The notes below the pieces were generated by a model. The model was not told where the DNA came from and ran no database searches. It saw only the letters and a list, made by a program, of their open reading frames with translations. A DNA stretch of 64,000 nt. Origin: an uncultured Candidatus Saccharibacteria bacterium. Lineage in GTDB: Bacteria > Patescibacteriota > Minisyncoccia > Phycocordibacterales > UBA9973. Positions within the stretch are counted from its first letter, which is position 1, and the number at the start of each line of letters is the position of its first letter. Both the position numbers and the translations under genes were made by a program. Positions 8,330-16,555 of the stretch are shown here, piece by piece. Location of the stretch: the NCBI GenBank assembly GCA_964527235.1, contig CAZGNC010000001.1, positions 83,220 to 147,219 of the forward strand, written 5' to 3'.

Positions 8330-9391
8330 CTACTTGCGTTCGCTTGGTGTCCATCGGAGCATGGCCCCGAGTCTCCATCCGATTCCTTTTGTGGGGTTGT
8401 TGGGTGTCTTAGCAAGAGTGTTCTGGCCATAGGTAATGTCTAGGTTCCAGATCGCTCTCGTATCCTTGGCGATCTGTAGTCCTGCGTCCAGACCTAGGCG
8501 ACCATAGTTGTTCTGCTGAACCCAGTTTCCGTTTACTCCCTCCGTGCCGGAGGTGCATGTAATCTCATCATGTCCACCGCCGGCGGTCAAGCCGAATGGG
8601 CCAGAGATGTCTCTCCTGATTCCAAGGTCGAACGATTTGTTCGCTTGGCTGCAGGTTCGACTTTGTCCTCTGGGCGAGTATCCAACCCGCCCTGTGAGTT
8701 CGAACGGGACGACGCGGGCCTTAGCAAAGAATCCCACACCAAATGTGAATGTCGAAAGGCGTTTTCTGCCTCCCGAAATCCCGTATCCGGGGCCGACAGC
8801 GAGGTCGATCCAGGACTCGTTCTTCTTCGCCTCTTCCTTCTTACCGCTGTCGGCGTTCGAGTTGTCGATCATCTTCTGGACCACCCCGGCGATTTGCGCC
8901 GTGGTGTCCTTCAGCGCACTGATGTCCTTCTTGGCCGACTGCATGTCGGTATTGAGCGTGTCGACTGCCTTGGTGACAGTCGCCAACGAGTCGTTCGGCG
9001 GTGCCGAGGCGACTGGGCAATCGAGGGAGATCATCACACCACGGTACTGCGGACCGCGTTGTGGTACTGCAATTCCCTTGGCATGAATTCGTCCGAGTTC
9101 GATCTTCTCGATCTCGTTCAGGATTCTTGTTACGTTACCTGCGCGGCGATCCGCGAGGTCTTGGTTCTGCTCCTTGTTGTTGGTTTTGTAGGGGGTTCCG
9201 TCTGCGAACCCCGTGACGTTGATATGGCACGAAGTGCCCGCGGCAATCGCAATCTCTTTCAATGCCAGACGGGTCTCGTCCTTACCAAGTGTGTACCCCA
9301 TGAAGGGGTATACGGTCGCCTTCGTTTCCTGCGCCTTGAGGGCGAAGGGGAAGATGGCGACCATGAGGATGGTCAGAATGAAGCGAAACAC
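8330..9391 (-). CDS. OmpA-domain protein with inverted architecture: N-terminal OmpA-like peptidoglycan-binding domain, coiled coil, C-terminal beta-rich (barrel-like) domain (high-GC island)
   Basis: GTG start with RBS AGGAG-acaaa-GTG. The track ORF is longer, with an upstream ATG. Signal peptide FRFILTILMVAIFPFALKAQE. OmpA-like motif INVTGFADGTPYK...NQDLADRRAGNVTRILNE. Coiled coil, then alternating-hydrophobic segments ending ...GWRLGAMLRWTPSERK. Confidence 0.65.
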   Translation of the reverse strand: MFRFILTILMVAIFPFALKAQETKATVYPFMGYTLGKDETRLALKEIAIAAGTSCHINVTGFADGTPYKTNNKEQNQDLADRRAGNVTRILNEIEKIELGRIHAKGIAVPQRGPQYRGVMISLDCPVASAPPNDSLATVTKAVDTLNTDMQSAKKDISALKDTTAQIAGVVQKMIDNSNADSGKKEEAKKNESWIDLAVGPGYGISGGRKRLSTFTFGVGFFAKARVVPFELTGRVGYSPRGQSRTCSQANKSFDLGIRRDISGPFGLTAGGGHDEITCTSGTEGVNGNWVQQNNYGRLGLDAGLQIAKDTRAIWNLDITYGQNTLAKTPNNPTKGIGWRLGAMLRWTPSERK

Positions 9392-9691
9392 TTTGTCTCC
9401 TGCGTTGTTGGTTGTGTGACTATTCTTCGGCTTCCCGGTAAGCGTTTGTGTTATTCTATAGCTTTTTTCGTAGTTGAAGTTGTCAAGGTACTGTGATGCC
9501 GGGGGATCCGGCCCACAGAGATTGTTCTCATAAAGACGGATTCCGACTACTGACCTATTACTAGCATAAAAAGTGCATTTTGTCAATGCCTAGCTTGACG
9601 TTTTTGGATTTTATGAAAAAGACAAAGCCGGGTAGCGTGGTGTTCGCTATCCCGGCTCGGATGTCCTCGTTGATGTCCCCTGAGGAAGGGG

Positions 9692-10210
9692 TTACCGCCA
9701 GGTGCGAATCATCACACCTGTGTGCAGACCAAGTGCCTGCTCTCCGTGGTTATTTCTTGTCCAGGCGAGGCCTGGGGCAAGGATGATGCCGAGCTTCTTG
9801 ACGTGCAATGTGTATGCTGGGCCAAGAATCAGGCCCATCTCGCGTTCTCGCTCATCGCGACAATTGTTTGCCTCTATGAGGGCACCTGCTGTGGCGCCCC
9901 ATGGACCACGAATCTCACGATGAATTGAGGCGACCAGAGCGCTCGAGCGTTCAGTGCAGTGATCCCGGGCATTTGCCCAGAATCCTCCCTCTACTTCGAT
10001 GTCGGTCCGATGGTCGATTCGTACGATGCCGATGACGGTCGGTTTGGTGCTCGATCTGCCGTTTGAACGCAGGTCGGACACTCCCGCGCCGAAGTTCAGG
10101 CGCGGGGACGGATTGTGTACGGTCTGGTGCGAGCTGTCTGCGGGTGAGTGTTGCGCATGAGAATTAGTAGCCCATGCGAGAATCGCAAGAAAAGAAATAA
10201 TTATACGCAC
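9692..10210 (-). CDS. Small outer-membrane beta-barrel (OMP_b-brl/porin-family-like) protein with signal peptide (high-GC island)
   Basis: GTG start with RBS GGAG-aatctc-GTG. Signal peptide MRIIISFLAILAWATNSHAQ. The ~150-aa mature part has amphipathic beta-strand periodicity. Confidence 0.5.
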   Translation of the reverse strand: MRIIISFLAILAWATNSHAQHSPADSSHQTVHNPSPRLNFGAGVSDLRSNGRSSTKPTVIGIVRIDHRTDIEVEGGFWANARDHCTERSSALVASIHREIRGPWGATAGALIEANNCRDEREREMGLILGPAYTLHVKKLGIILAPGLAWTRNNHGEQALGLHTGVMIRTWR

Positions 10211-10329
10211 GAGATTCTCCGCCCGGACGGTAATGTAATGTACAAAAATCGTCGGGATTTCCGGCGATCAATATATTTTTATCACAAACTTGCGCACTTG
10301 TCGATTTTAAAAATTTCTAGTTTATGTAT

Positions 10330-10357
10330 TTGACTTTATTTTTATAAATGTTAGAGT
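10330..10357 (+). promoter_or_regulatory. Promoter TTGACT-16 nt-TAGAGT for the micro-gene
   Basis: TTGACT at 10330-10335 and TAGAGT at 10352-10357. The perfect SD AAGGAGGTGA at 10376-10385 follows. Confidence 0.45.
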
Positions 10358-10389
10358 TTTTATTCCTCTAGATATAAGGAGGTGATTGC

Positions 10390-10452
10390 ATGTTCAGTTT
10401 CGCCGATTTCGTGAACGCCGTCTTCGAAGGGTGGAAGCCGCTGAAGAAGTAG
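10390..10452 (+). CDS. 20-aa micro-protein MFSFADFVNAVFEGWKPLKK with a perfect Shine-Dalgarno site
   Basis: AAGGAGGTGA-ttgc-ATG. Followed by a perfect 13-bp inverted repeat (10466-10492) and an intrinsic terminator. Confidence 0.45.
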   Translation: MFSFADFVNAVFEGWKPLKK

Positions 10453-10530
10453 CGTCACCGTCGAGCCTCTCGGCACACAGTGTGCCGAGAGGCCAGCAAT
10501 CAAGAGCTTGTTAAGCTCTGCAGTATTTAA

Positions 10531-10570
10531 GGACCCTGCTCGCCACCGCGCGACAGGGTCCTGCTTTTTT
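10531..10570 (+). terminator. Intrinsic terminator GGACCCTG..CAGGGTCC followed by TTTTTTG
   Basis: 8-bp GC stem and a T6 run, after the micro-gene and its inverted repeat. Confidence 0.6.
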
Positions 10571-10797
10571 GTCTTAATGTGCAGGAATCTCAGTACAAAT
10601 TTTTTCTTATTTTTCTTCAGGACTCGGTCACGAGTTACTAAGTATTTTATTTCATTACATTTATAAAATACAAAGTACTCGCGACCCCGCCTCGACCACG
10701 ACCTTCGGTCGGCTTCGCGGTCTCCGGCTTTCTCGTCCTGTACAATCTCGCAAAATGTAAAACCCCATTGCTTTCGCAATAGGGCTATAACATTTTG

Positions 10798-10870
10798 TGG
10801 ACCGTACAGGACTCGAACCTGCCACCCCCTCATTGCAAATGAGGTGCTCTACCAGATGAGCTAACGGCCC
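10798..10870 (-). tRNA. tRNA-Ala (anticodon UGC)
   Basis: Reverse complement GGGCCGUUAGCUCAUCUGGUAGAGCACCUCAUUUGCAAUGAGGGGGUGGCAGGUUCGAGUCCUGUACGGUCCA. Cloverleaf with G3:U70 in the acceptor stem, the Ala identity element. Anticodon loop UUUGCAA. The 3' end faces the GC-rich island, and a terminator-like hairpin lies at 10763-10784. Confidence 0.9.
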
Positions 10871-10880
10871 AGTAAAAGGT

Positions 10881-10908
10881 ATTCTAAACCATTTTATTAA
10901 TAATGCAA
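10881..10908 (-). promoter_or_regulatory. Promoter for tRNA-Ala (TTGCAT-16 nt-TAGAAT, minus strand)
   Basis: Reverse complement TTGCATtattaataaaatggttTAGAAT, ending about 10 nt upstream of the tRNA 5' end. Confidence 0.5.
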
Positions 10909-10985
10909 ATCAATAGCCGGTCTTGTTGTTGTTTTTTCTCTGTTTTCTGTTAGTATAATAAAAGTTCTCTAGAGAATTATTGTAT

Positions 10986-11058
10986 TCCGGGGTAGCTCAG
11001 CGGTAGAGCGGTCGCCTGTTAAGCGATTGGTCGTAGGTTCGATCCCTACCCCCGGAGC
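10986..11058 (+). tRNA. tRNA-Asn (anticodon GUU)
   Basis: UCCGGGGUAGCUCAGCGGUAGAGCGGUCGCCUGUUAAGCGAUUGGUCGUAGGUUCGAUCCCUACCCCCGGAG. Anticodon loop CUGUUAA; acceptor, D, anticodon and T stems all pair. Confidence 0.85.
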
Positions 11059-11084
11059 TCGTTTTTTGGGATAATCTAAATTAT

Positions 11085-11519
11085 ATGAAGCCATGTGCGT
11101 ACTGTACTAAACCAGAAGCGAAGGAAAGAACTATTATAAAAAATGATTTAGCTTTTGCTTTTCCAACTTATATTCCGATAACTCCAGGGCATACTTTGAT
11201 TTGTCCTATTCGTTGTGTGGCAAAATTTAGCGAATTGTCCAAAGAAGAATTATCAGCAATCTTTGAGCTACAAAATAAACTTAATATCGCACTATCCAAA
11301 GCGTTCGGGGCAGAGGGTTTTAACTATGCTTGGAACGAAGGAGAAATAGGTGGTCAAGATGTGCCACATTTTCATTTACATATGGTGCCAAGAAAGTCAG
11401 GAGATGCTGGTATATATGGGTATGATCCTAGGAAATTTCTTTATCGACCTGGCTCTCGCGAGAAAACCCCTGAAGATGAATTAAAGCACGTTGTTTCTTT
11501 TATCCAGAGTTTTCTTTAA
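11085..11519 (+). CDS. HIT-family (histidine triad) hydrolase
   Basis: HIT motif DVPHFHLHMVPR. Confidence 0.85.
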   Translation: MKPCAYCTKPEAKERTIIKNDLAFAFPTYIPITPGHTLICPIRCVAKFSELSKEELSAIFELQNKLNIALSKAFGAEGFNYAWNEGEIGGQDVPHFHLHMVPRKSGDAGIYGYDPRKFLYRPGSREKTPEDELKHVVSFIQSFL

Positions 11520-11726
11520 TTCAGAAATTGCTAAGATAATTTTGCGAGTTGGTGCCCAGCCCGAGTTTTGCGACGGCAAAGTGAGAGGCGCGGGAGATAT
11601 CCCTACCCTTGATGCAGACTTGACGAAAATTTTTTAATGTGCAAAATAAAAATTGGTTATCACTCTATTTGCGTTGGTTTTTATACGCAGATAGGTTCCT
11701 TATAAAACAACGCAGACAACGCGGAG

Positions 11727-12152
11727 ATGGAACAAATGGACTCACTGCATCTGGCTGGGAACTTGGGTTGGCAAATACTTCTGGCGGTCATTACGCCGGT
11801 TGTGGTTTCTGTCTTCGTGATTGTGAAAGTATTTATGCCCAACGTGAACCGTGAGGAAGAGAGGGCTGTGTCAGTATCCCTGGCACAGCGCGTGGCGTCT
11901 TCTAGCCACGGCGTCAGGAAAGTCGAGCCCAACAAAGGTGCAACTCGTCTCCATTTGTTTCCTCGTGACGGAAAGATGGAGGATTGCGTCCTCTGGTTCT
12001 TCTCCGGTCACCCTGATTTCAAGGAGGTGTCTCGAATTCCTGAGGACATCATGTTCACAGTGGAATTTGTGTTCACCGAGGTCCCCGTCAAAGGGCAAGC
12101 TCAGGAAGCTACGGGGTATCTTCGGTTAAAGAAGATGCCTCTGGTGTTGTAG
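11727..12152 (+). CDS. Hypothetical membrane-anchored protein, GC-rich, SD-driven (foreign-looking)
   Basis: N-terminal TM segment GWQILLAVITPVVVSVFVIVKVF. GGAG upstream of ATG. About 52% GC against an AT-rich background. An intrinsic terminator follows at 12161-12203. Confidence 0.45.
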   Translation: MEQMDSLHLAGNLGWQILLAVITPVVVSVFVIVKVFMPNVNREEERAVSVSLAQRVASSSHGVRKVEPNKGATRLHLFPRDGKMEDCVLWFFSGHPDFKEVSRIPEDIMFTVEFVFTEVPVKGQAQEATGYLRLKKMPLVL

Positions 12153-12160
12153 TTTGGTAT

Positions 12161-12203
12161 TCGCCCGACAGGTCGCCCGACCTCTCGGGCGATTCTGTTT
12201 TTG
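12161..12203 (+). terminator. Intrinsic terminator TCGCCCGA-cctc-TCGGGCGA followed by TTCTGTTTTTG
   Basis: Perfect 8-bp stem plus a T-run. Confidence 0.6.
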
Positions 12204-12428
12204 TATACAATTTTATTTTAATATAGCCATTCGAACATCCTCCCAAGTTTGGAGCATGTGAAAATCTTAAATCCACGCAAGTGGGCTTTTGATTTTTTAG
12301 ACGAGGGGAGAAAGCCAACCATTTGGCTTTCTTGTAGGGATCGAGAAGTTCACTCATGTTTTTTTTCACAAGAAGTTAATTGAATAAAATTAACATTCCT
12401 CTAAAAATTGATAAAATAGGGCTATTGT

Positions 12429-13013
12429 ATGAATAACGATGATATAAAACTAGTTGCACTGGCTAAGGAAAACCCGAAGGAATATGAGAAACTATACACT
12501 AAATATTCTGATAAGGTTTTCAACTATTTCTGGTATCGCACTGGACATGACAAGATGCTATCAGAAGATCTTATGCAAGAAACATTTTTGCGAGGGTTTC
12601 AGTATTTAGGCCGATTTAATAATCGAGGATACTCATACCTGACATATTTGATAACCATTGCTCACAATGTACTAGTTGACCACTATCGCAAGCCACAATC
12701 AGTGCCTTTTGAAGCTATTGATGATATCCCATACGAGGTTACAGAAGATATTGAAAATAAATCAGATGCCGAAGCGCTTTGGCGAGCCATCCAAGATTTG
12801 CCATCCCCAAATAGGGACAAGCTCCTCATGTATTATCAGCAGGATATGTCAATTAAGGATATTGCCACTGCTACCAACACTACGGAAAATGCGGTAAAGC
12901 TTTCGCTTTCTCGAACCAGGAAGAAACTCAAAGATCATCCGTACATCAAGGATATTCGTGGATTTGCAGATAAGAAACGCGAGCAGACCCACGCACAGTT
13001 TTTGGATAAGTAG
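12429..13013 (+). CDS. RNA polymerase sigma factor, sigma-70/ECF-like family
   Basis: Region 2 LMQETFLRGFQYLGRFN...YLTYLITIAHNVLVDHYRK. Region 4 HTH DMSIKDIATATNTTENAVKLSLSRTRKKL. Confidence 0.8.
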   Translation: MNNDDIKLVALAKENPKEYEKLYTKYSDKVFNYFWYRTGHDKMLSEDLMQETFLRGFQYLGRFNNRGYSYLTYLITIAHNVLVDHYRKPQSVPFEAIDDIPYEVTEDIENKSDAEALWRAIQDLPSPNRDKLLMYYQQDMSIKDIATATNTTENAVKLSLSRTRKKLKDHPYIKDIRGFADKKREQTHAQFLDK

Positions 13014-13309
13014 ACACCTTTTTTGGTTAAATACGTTTAATATTTTGACAGTGAGGTGGTCACTCACTGTGGTATAGAAAAAATCAATGATACTTAAGTC
13101 AAATAATGTGAATTCAAAACAAAAAGTGGCTCAAGGGATTCATTCTTTAAATTTCTGATGCCACATACCTCCACACAACTAAATAGTGCCAGTATAAAAG
13201 ATTGCATAAGCAAGCAAGAGAAGGCATATAGCTTTCTGGTGTACCACCAATCCCCCTTGTGATAGATCGACGTCAAGGGCATTAATAGAATCTAATCTTC
13301 AACATACCT

Positions 13310-13807
13310 ATGAATACAGCAATTAAAAAAGTAGACAATAATTCTCTTCAAAGACGAGATGAGTTTTTGGGTCCGTTCTCTTTAGTTGATAGATTCTTTG
13401 ATGATGCGCTCGATTCGTTCTCTATGATGTCGCCAAACCTGTTCCGTCATAGGACGCTAGGTAACGTCAGCACGCTGTTCCCCAAGGTAGATGTTGAGGA
13501 AACAGAGAATGAGATAAAGGTGACAGCCAATATTCCAGGAATCGACGCGGAAAATATAAATGTCGAGGTTGGAGATGATTATCTGTCGCTTTCCGGAAAA
13601 ATTGAGAAAGAGGATAAGTCTAGAGACAGGCAAGGCAAAGTGTATCGCTATGAACGTGAGTTCGGTGAGTTCCGCAGAGAGTTTGCACTCCCTGCGAGAG
13701 TAGATAAGGATGGAATAATTGCCAGGTCTAAAAATGGTGTACTCTCCATCATATTGCCCAAGTCTGAAGAAGAGAAGAAGAAAAAGGTTAAGGTAGAAGT
13801 TGAGTAA
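13310..13807 (+). CDS. Hsp20/alpha-crystallin family small heat-shock protein
   Basis: ACD core VDVEETENEIKVTANIPGIDAENINVEV...LSLSGKIE...FGEFRREFALP...NGVLSIILPK. Terminator at 13826-13858. Confidence 0.9.
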   Translation: MNTAIKKVDNNSLQRRDEFLGPFSLVDRFFDDALDSFSMMSPNLFRHRTLGNVSTLFPKVDVEETENEIKVTANIPGIDAENINVEVGDDYLSLSGKIEKEDKSRDRQGKVYRYEREFGEFRREFALPARVDKDGIIARSKNGVLSIILPKSEEEKKKKVKVEVE

Positions 13808-13825
13808 GTGAAAGAAATATTAAAC

Positions 13826-13858
13826 AAAAACCCGCTTATGAGCGGGTTTTTGTTTTGG
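13826..13858 (+). terminator. Intrinsic terminator AAAAACCCGCT-tatg-AGCGGGTTTTTGTTTTGG
   Basis: Stem plus a long T-run after hsp20. Confidence 0.7.
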
Positions 13859-13928
13859 TTTTTACCGAAGTAAATTTACTATCTATGTTTAGCTCGAAAA
13901 TTTAGATAACTTCTGGTATTATTTACTT

Positions 13929-14309
13929 ATGAAAACAAATAGTAACAAATACGTAGATGGGTTTGTGATACCAATAAAAAAGAAGGATGTAGAAGCTTAT
14001 AAAAAGATGGCGATAGCGGGTGCAAAGATGTGGAAAAAATACGGTGCCTTGGAGTATTTTGAATGCATAGCAGATGACATAGAAGTTAAAAAAGATATGC
14101 CACAAAAAGGCTTCGGCAAACTCGCAGGTCTTAAGCCCGATGAGACTGTTGTGTTTTCTTGGATAGTTTATAAATCCAAAGCTCATAGAGACCAAGTAAA
14201 TAAGAAAGTAATGAGTGACCCAAGCATGAATGATTTCGATCCTGCCACCATGCCAATCAACATGAAGCGTTTCGCTTCTGGAGGCTTTAAGCCGATAGTT
14301 GAATTCTAA
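13929..14309 (+). CDS. DUF1428 (YbaA-like) family protein
   Basis: KYVDGFVIPI..., FSWIVYKSKAHRDQVNKKVMSDP and GGFKPIVEF align with E. coli YbaA. Confidence 0.85.
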   Translation: MKTNSNKYVDGFVIPIKKKDVEAYKKMAIAGAKMWKKYGALEYFECIADDIEVKKDMPQKGFGKLAGLKPDETVVFSWIVYKSKAHRDQVNKKVMSDPSMNDFDPATMPINMKRFASGGFKPIVEF

Positions 14310-14384
14310 ATATTTAAATTGCTAAGATAATTTCCTGAGTATATAATTAAACAATTATATATAAGGTTTATTTTCTACAAGTAC

Positions 14385-15176
14385 ATGAAATCACTTTTTA
14401 AGAACCCTGTAACTATTTTTGCATCAACATACTTCCTCGTGGTTTTGGTTTGGGATCTAGTATTATTCATCGGCGCAGATAAAACCACATTCCTGCATTA
14501 CTGGTTTAATGCAGGTTATGGATTGATATATCTCGTTGCAGGCATTCTAGGAGTTGTGTATGCAAAGCGTATAGGACTAAGTAGTGTGTTTGGCAAGGCC
14601 TTTGCATTTATCGGAGCTAGTTTGGTGTCTTACGGGGTGGCTCAGTTTATTTGGTTCTTCTACAATTTCTTTCTGAACGTAGAGACACCATTTCCTTCTG
14701 TCGCTGATGTGTTTTTCCTCCTATTCTTTGTTTTGATATCAACTGGTTTCCTTTTCCTGTTGAACAATTTCAAGCAGTCGATTACAAAAGAGACCATAGC
14801 GCAATTCGCCTTAATGATCCCAGTTGTTTTTATTATCGCACTTTCGACTATTTTCAGACCCGATTTTTCCTCAGATTTAACATTTTGGCAAAATACTCTA
14901 AACATTATTTATCCAGTTAGTGACACTATACTTCTATGCATCATACTAATAATGCTCACTATCTCTGGTGGATACTTTAGAAGTACAGTAATATTCTTTG
15001 CTGTGGCGGGGATGGCGCAATTGATCGCTGATTTTATATTTACCCTAGATACAGCAAATGGTTCGTATTGGAATGGTGGGCTGGCGGACTTAGTTTTCAC
15101 TGTGGCCTCGTACTTATTCTTGCTAAGTCTTGTGTATTTTATGCAGAAGATGATTCAAGAACCCGCACAAGCTTAA
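14385..15176 (+). CDS. Hypothetical polytopic membrane protein
   Basis: About 8 predicted TM helices. No recognisable catalytic motif. Confidence 0.5.
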   Translation: MKSLFKNPVTIFASTYFLVVLVWDLVLFIGADKTTFLHYWFNAGYGLIYLVAGILGVVYAKRIGLSSVFGKAFAFIGASLVSYGVAQFIWFFYNFFLNVETPFPSVADVFFLLFFVLISTGFLFLLNNFKQSITKETIAQFALMIPVVFIIALSTIFRPDFSSDLTFWQNTLNIIYPVSDTILLCIILIMLTISGGYFRSTVIFFAVAGMAQLIADFIFTLDTANGSYWNGGLADLVFTVASYLFLLSLVYFMQKMIQEPAQA

Positions 15177-15208
15177 TGCTGTGCTTTCTCATCTAAATCA
15201 AAAAATAT

Positions 15209-16048
15209 ATGAAAAAAGAAATTAAATTATTGATATTAGTTTTTGTTATGTTAGGTCTTTGGACCAATGTTGCCTCTGCTCATCAGCCTCAAATAGTGAA
15301 AGGTGAGAATACTATAGTTGCTGATCCTGAAATATCGAAGGCGTATTATGGGCAGTTGAAAGGCGAGCCAGATGTTTTCTTTATCAGTGCTACCGAACCC
15401 TTTGATTTATACGTTAATGTTTTAGTCCCAGACATAGAAGGTCAGAAGAAAGACGTCTCTGCGGTGGTTCTCCAAAATGGCAAGCAGTTGGTGGTGCTTG
15501 ATGGCATGAACTATGAGTGGAAGGAATTCTTTGAACCTTTCGGTCGTGATAGCTACTTCATGGGTCCTGAATATAAATCTAAAGCTCCAAGGGGTGAATA
15601 TGAGATTCGCGTTTGGAGTTCACACAATGATAGTAAGTACGCACTTGCAATTGGCGAGATAGAAAAGTTCGGTCGCAAAGAAGGAATAGATTCGCTCAAA
15701 ACAGTATTGTCTCTAAAGAGTGATTTCTTTGGTAAATCTCGTGCAGGTCTCATCTTCTCATCTATCGGTTACGGGATGATAATAGCTCTCTATCTACTTG
15801 CTCTGCTAGTATTTTTTATTGCGAAGATTATTACCAAGAAATTCTCACATACTGTACCTAATAAAGCCAATAAAAATGTAGGCAAGAAAGATCGCCTAGT
15901 TCGCTTGGTTCTCGGGCTTGCCATCTTGTTCTTTGCTATCACTACTTCGTGGAATCCATTGATTATTTTCATCTCAGGGTTAGTGTTGTGCACCGCACTG
16001 TTCTCTTGGTGTGGGCTTTACTCACTGATGGGAAAGAATACTTGCTAG
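15209..16048 (+). CDS. Secreted protein with C-terminal DUF2892 (YgaP-like) membrane domain
   Basis: Signal peptide MKKEIKLLILVFVMLGLWTNVASA. C-terminal RLVRLVLGLAILFF...SWCGLYSLMGKNTC matches the DUF2892 GxCxxYxxxGxxTC signature. Confidence 0.6.
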   Translation: MKKEIKLLILVFVMLGLWTNVASAHQPQIVKGENTIVADPEISKAYYGQLKGEPDVFFISATEPFDLYVNVLVPDIEGQKKDVSAVVLQNGKQLVVLDGMNYEWKEFFEPFGRDSYFMGPEYKSKAPRGEYEIRVWSSHNDSKYALAIGEIEKFGRKEGIDSLKTVLSLKSDFFGKSRAGLIFSSIGYGMIIALYLLALLVFFIAKIITKKFSHTVPNKANKNVGKKDRLVRLVLGLAILFFAITTSWNPLIIFISGLVLCTALFSWCGLYSLMGKNTC

Positions 16049-16110
16049 TGGAGTATGCAATAGAAGGTCTGTGATATAATTATTTATTATAAGTATAAAT
16101 TTTATATTCT

Positions 16111-16482
16111 ATGGACACTACTCTTTTAGTCGCGAAAATATTAGGTATATATTTAGTGATTAGTGGTTTGTTTCTTTTAATAAGAGGGAAGAGCATTCCG
16201 CATCTTCTTAAAGATTTCTTTAATCATCCAGCTATAGTGTATCTAACTGGGGTTATTTTGGTTTTCCTTTCGTCGCTTTATTTACTACAGTACAACATCT
16301 GGGACGGCACTTGGAAGACAAGCGTTACTATGTTCGTATGGTTAGTATTACTTAAGGGGATTACCTACATATTTGCTCCTGAGTCGCTCTCTGACATGGC
16401 GGTGAAGAAGTCCCGTAAGCTTTTCGGAGTTTATGGTATCTTGGCTATTGCTGTCGGGTTCTACTTATTTTTCCTGATTTAA
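16111..16482 (+). CDS. Small hypothetical membrane protein (4 TM)
   Basis: Hydrophobic helices only. Confidence 0.45.
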   Translation: MDTTLLVAKILGIYLVISGLFLLIRGKSIPHLLKDFFNHPAIVYLTGVILVFLSSLYLLQYNIWDGTWKTSVTMFVWLVLLKGITYIFAPESLSDMAVKKSRKLFGVYGILAIAVGFYLFFLI

Positions 16483-16555
16483 GAATTAAATAAATTTTAA
16501 AAAGCATGCTATGATAGGGAAGTTAGTTTATTAGTATTAAAAATATACAAACAAT

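Noticed and set aside
6590-10800. Search for a direct repeat of the tRNA-Ala 3' end (att-like) at the far boundary of the GC island, and for integrase or transposase genes
   Set aside because: No copy of the tRNA 3'-end sequence was found near 6590-6680, and no integrase or transposase-like ORF is present. The island cannot be classified as an intact integrative element.
10360-10833. 157-aa minus-strand ORF
   Set aside because: It overlaps tRNA-Ala and spans AT-rich and GC-rich junk with no RBS. The real features in this interval are the micro-gene, hairpins and the tRNA.
13043-13063. Perfect palindrome CAGTGAG-N7-CTCACTG after the sigma-factor gene, considered as a CIRCE-like heat-shock operator for hsp20
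   Set aside because: It does not match CIRCE (TTAGCACTC-N9-GAGTGCTAA) and lies ~250 nt upstream of hsp20. It is more likely a transcript-end hairpin and is too weak to call.
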